From the NCBI GenBank assembly GCA_903907835.1, contig CAIVPQ010000033.1, forward strand, positions 1 to 40,573: a stretch of DNA of 40,573 nt, given 5' to 3'. The stretch comes from an uncultured Actinomycetes bacterium. GTDB taxonomy: Bacteria; Actinomycetota; Actinomycetes; S36-B12; UBA5976. The notes beneath the pieces were generated by a model, which ran no database searches, was not told the DNA's origin, and saw nothing but the letters and a program-made list of their open reading frames with translations. A program made the translations under genes and the position numbers. Numbering within the stretch: the stretch's first letter is position 1; each line of letters opens with the position of its first letter. Of the stretch, positions 37,311-40,573 are shown piece by piece.

Positions 37311-40300
37311 ATGACAAAGTTAATTCTTGATCGCAGCGTTAAGCAAGATCCAGGCAAGCAAGAGCTCGATAGTGACCAACTTCGCGTTGTGGCCCACCGT
37401 TCTGGCGCTATGCGAGTGCTCGCCGGGCCAGGCACTGGCAAAACGACGACATTAGTAGCCGCAATGGCTGCTCGCCTCACGGGTCCAGACAAGTTAGCGC
37501 CTGAAGAGGTACTCGGACTTACCTTTGGCCGTAAGGCCGCTATTGAGTGGCGCAATCAAGTTGCTACAGCTACTGGGGGTGGAGCTGTTCCCTTAGTCAG
37601 CACTTTCCACTCTTTTTGCTATGCATTAATCCGAAAATTTCAAGATGGGGAAAATTATCAGAATGCAACCCGCTTGCTTTCTGGTCCCGAGCAACAACTA
37701 CGTGCTCGCCAACTTTTCAATGATGCCGTTGCAGATGGTCGAGTTGGATGGCCAGATGAACTTGAGCCGGCCTTAAACACCAAAGGACTAACTGAGGAAA
37801 TTCGCGCAGTCATGGCGCGCACGCGTTCGTATCTACTTGACCCAGTTGATCTTGAAAAATTGGGGCAAGAATCTCGTCGCTCGACTTGGGAATCAATAGG
37901 CAGTTTCATGAATGAGTATCTAGATGTCCTAGATATGGAAGGAACTCTGGATTACAGCGAGTTAGTTCATCGCGCCGTAATCTTGAGCCATCGTGCCGAT
38001 GTTCAGAAATATTTGCAGACCACTTTTAAGGCGATCTATGTAGATGAATATCAAGACACTGACCCAGGTCAGGTTGCACTATTAAAAGCAATGGTGAATT
38101 CACAAACTTCACTTGTTGTGGTTGGCGATGTCGATCAGGCTATTTATGGTTTCCGTGGTGCCGATGAGTCAGGCATTCGTAATTTTCCAGATATTTTTCA
38201 GCCAATTTTTGGTACACCGGTCACTGATGTTGTGCTCAGCACCTGCCGTCGATTCGGATCTCAAATACGCGAAGTAGCCACTGCTGTTATTGGTGATCGA
38301 GTCCCGGCCGGATTTCAAAAAGTAGACATCGAAAGACATCGCAAGCCAAGTTGTTCAACAACTTCCGCGGGTCAAGTGGATCTATTGACATTCGATTCTG
38401 ATGGTGCTCAGGCTAGTCATATTGCAGATCTAGTTGCGCGTGCAAAAGTTCAAAATGACTACAAGTGGTCGCAGATGGCAATAATTGTCCGATCCGCGGT
38501 AACAACTCTTCCGGCTATTCATAGAGCGCTAATTGCTGCCGGTATTCCAGTTGAGATAGCTGCAGACGAGATTCCGCTGCACCTTGACCCTGCAGTTGCC
38601 CCACTCGTCACAGCTTTACGAGTTGTTGACGATGAACGGGCACTCACTCCTGACGTAGCTTTGCTATTGCTGCAGGGTCCGCTTGCTCAGATTGATCCAA
38701 TTGATATCCGCAGACTTGGTCAACTCCTGCGCAAATTAGATGGGACGCGGGAACAAGCGGCGCGACCATCCGCACAGTTAATCTGCGAGGCATTAGCCGA
38801 TCCAAGAAAACTTATAGACATCGAGCCCGGTCGCCATGACAGTACAATCGCCACAATCACAAAATTGGGCAATCTTCTTAATGATGTTCGATGCAAGATG
38901 CGCAAAGGTATGGGACCCGGTGTTGTTCTTTGGGAGATTTGGCAAGGCACAAACTGGCCAACACAGCTTGAACGGCAGGCATTTTCTTTTGGTACCGCAA
39001 GTCAGCGTGCAAATCGTGACCTGGATGCTATTTGTGCGCTGAACGATTTAGCTAACCGATTTGTTTCGAGAGGTCGAGGTAAAGACCTAACGAACTTCTT
39101 GGCTGAAATAGAAGCACAAGAAATACCGGCCGGTTCTTTGGCAGAACATGATGTCCGTAGCGATTCTGTGCGGCTTTTAACGGCACATAAATCCAAGGGT
39201 TTGCAGTGGAAGTATGTAGTAATCGCGGGTGCCCAAGAAGATTTGTGGCCCGACTTAAGGCAACGCCAAACACTTTTACAGGCAGATCGCATTGGTCCTC
39301 GTCGCGAGCTGATGGCGACAACTGCGCGCGAACTTTTGGATGAAGAACGTCGACTCTTTTATGTAGCCGTGACCCGGGCAATGAACCATCTGGTGGTAAC
39401 AGCGGTTGATACATCAGCTAAAGAAGATGGCTCAGTCCCATCACGATTTGTGCAGGACTTCAAGGACTTGTTGCCCATCGAAAATGTTAAACATAAGCCA
39501 GGAAGACCTTCTCGGCCATTAAGTGTTGATGGCCTCATTGCCGGATTACGCAAAGAATTGAATAATCCAGAAAATTCACTCGCAATGCGCAAAGTAGCAG
39601 CACACCAGTTGGCAATTTTGGCTCAACAAACTGGTGACACATTTAAGGCGGCGAATCCTCAGAATTGGTGGGGCATCAAATCCGTAACTGAAAATGTGAA
39701 TCCTCCGAGCGAACCTATTTCGCTATCTCCCTCAACCGTGCGCGCGATTGAAGAGTGTCCCGCTAGATGGTTCCTTGAGCGTCAGGTGCAGGCAACTTCG
39801 CAAGCAGAAACGGTCATGGTCTTTGGCAATGCGATTCATGCGATTGCCCAAGGGATACAAACCAAAGAAATCCCATTGGACATGGACGCCATTGATCAAA
39901 AGCTGGATCGTCTCTGGCCAGGAATGGGCTACGAGGCTGCCTGGGAATCAAAACAAATGCGCACAGAGGCACATGCTGTTTCAAGTCGCCTGTTTGCCTG
40001 GCTAGTGCAACAAGGTGAAGTTGAGAGCATTGCCGAAGCCGGTTTAACGCTTAAAACTTCGGTGAACACAACAAACTTAGACGGCTCACCTCGAGTAATT
40101 GAGCTGAGTGTAAATGGGCGAGCAGATCGAATTGAATTCCAGGCAGATGGAGTTGTTGTCTATGACTTCAAGACTGGGCGCAAACCTATGGAGAAGAAAG
40201 AGCTACCCACTGACATCCAGTTGGCGCTGTATTCATATTTGGTTAAGTCAGGAAAATATGAAGATGGAACATCTGAAAACTCGCTAGGTCCTGAGATGAA

Positions 40301-40550
40301 TGTCAAGGGTGCCGCCTTAGTGCAGTTGCGATCCTCACCAAAAGACCAAAAGGATTTACCGATTGTCCAATTTGTGAATGCCGGTGACCATGATCAAGAG
40401 TCAGAAGTTTCTCTCGAAGATCGCCTGGCCTCAGCTGCTTCAATAATTCTCGATGAAACTTATGAAGCGCGCTATAGCGAACAACAATGCCGAAATTGTT
40501 CGGTTCGAATAATGTGCCCTGCGGTACCGGAAGGGCGACCAGTACTGTGA
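37311..40550 (+). CDS. adnA: AdnA-type SF1 (UvrD-like) helicase-nuclease subunit
   Basis: GPGTGKTT, DEYQD, GDVDQAIYGFRGA, TAHKSKGLQW, EERRLFYVAVTRA; RecB-like nuclease GRADRI...DFKTG...QL-LY; four Cys (ECP...CRNC-5-CP); ATG 37311 preferred to avoid overlap with the divergent gene. Confidence 0.9.
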   Translation: MTKLILDRSVKQDPGKQELDSDQLRVVAHRSGAMRVLAGPGTGKTTTLVAAMAARLTGPDKLAPEEVLGLTFGRKAAIEWRNQVATATGGGAVPLVSTFHSFCYALIRKFQDGENYQNATRLLSGPEQQLRARQLFNDAVADGRVGWPDELEPALNTKGLTEEIRAVMARTRSYLLDPVDLEKLGQESRRSTWESIGSFMNEYLDVLDMEGTLDYSELVHRAVILSHRADVQKYLQTTFKAIYVDEYQDTDPGQVALLKAMVNSQTSLVVVGDVDQAIYGFRGADESGIRNFPDIFQPIFGTPVTDVVLSTCRRFGSQIREVATAVIGDRVPAGFQKVDIERHRKPSCSTTSAGQVDLLTFDSDGAQASHIADLVARAKVQNDYKWSQMAIIVRSAVTTLPAIHRALIAAGIPVEIAADEIPLHLDPAVAPLVTALRVVDDERALTPDVALLLLQGPLAQIDPIDIRRLGQLLRKLDGTREQAARPSAQLICEALADPRKLIDIEPGRHDSTIATITKLGNLLNDVRCKMRKGMGPGVVLWEIWQGTNWPTQLERQAFSFGTASQRANRDLDAICALNDLANRFVSRGRGKDLTNFLAEIEAQEIPAGSLAEHDVRSDSVRLLTAHKSKGLQWKYVVIAGAQEDLWPDLRQRQTLLQADRIGPRRELMATTARELLDEERRLFYVAVTRAMNHLVVTAVDTSAKEDGSVPSRFVQDFKDLLPIENVKHKPGRPSRPLSVDGLIAGLRKELNNPENSLAMRKVAAHQLAILAQQTGDTFKAANPQNWWGIKSVTENVNPPSEPISLSPSTVRAIEECPARWFLERQVQATSQAETVMVFGNAIHAIAQGIQTKEIPLDMDAIDQKLDRLWPGMGYEAAWESKQMRTEAHAVSSRLFAWLVQQGEVESIAEAGLTLKTSVNTTNLDGSPRVIELSVNGRADRIEFQADGVVVYDFKTGRKPMEKKELPTDIQLALYSYLVKSGKYEDGTSENSLGPEMNVKGAALVQLRSSPKDQKDLPIVQFVNAGDHDQESEVSLEDRLASAASIILDETYEARYSEQQCRNCSVRIMCPAVPEGRPVL

Positions 40551-40573
40551 CAAATACTCGAACGGTAGATGAC
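40547..40573 (+). CDS. Probable 5' end of AdnB (partner helicase-nuclease), cut by window edge
   Basis: GTGA overlap with adnA stop, GAAGGG upstream, 9 open codons (VTNTRTVDD); identity inferred from adnAB gene order only. Confidence 0.5.

Noticed and set aside
1-40573. CRISPR array, tRNA/rRNA, IS element, integrase, prophage or defence system
   Set aside because: No repeat-spacer periodicity, no cloverleaf or rRNA-like sequence in the short intergenic gaps, and all long ORFs match housekeeping or membrane families

Overview
A 40.6 kb block of core chromosome from an actinobacterium with low GC for the phylum (roughly balanced GC/AT by eye) and compact gene packing. This resembles streamlined aquatic lineages, but the taxonomy is an inference. 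It follows the conserved actinobacterial backbone: typA, a bldK/dpp-type peptide ABC operon (with an extra, non-lipidated solute-binding protein), S9 peptidase, mshB, VanW-family protein, fdxA-dapC-gltA, dapD/dapE, LOG, DUF3117, O-methyltransferase, htrA-tatB, mrp/DUF1003/MgtE-N-CBS, CitE-like lyase, DEAD-box helicase, ferritin-like protein, DUF3107, moeZ, a kinase-like/flippase-like membrane protein, and adnA with the first codons of a probable adnB. I see no rRNA, tRNA, CRISPR array, transposase, integrase or phage gene, and no convincing new multi-gene system. The most interesting signals are local. (i) A UbiA-prenyltransferase plus acyltransferase-3 islet sits between tatB and mrp, and the acyltransferase's conserved N-terminus has no in-frame canonical start codon. 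(ii) The DEAD-box helicase probably starts at ATC. (iii) sigE-rseA is absent from its usual position in front of htrA. (iv) Many genes have a leaderless -10/start arrangement. (v) SigR/SigH-like and PafBC-like promoters are recognisable. (vi) Several convergent gene pairs share overlapping stop codons.
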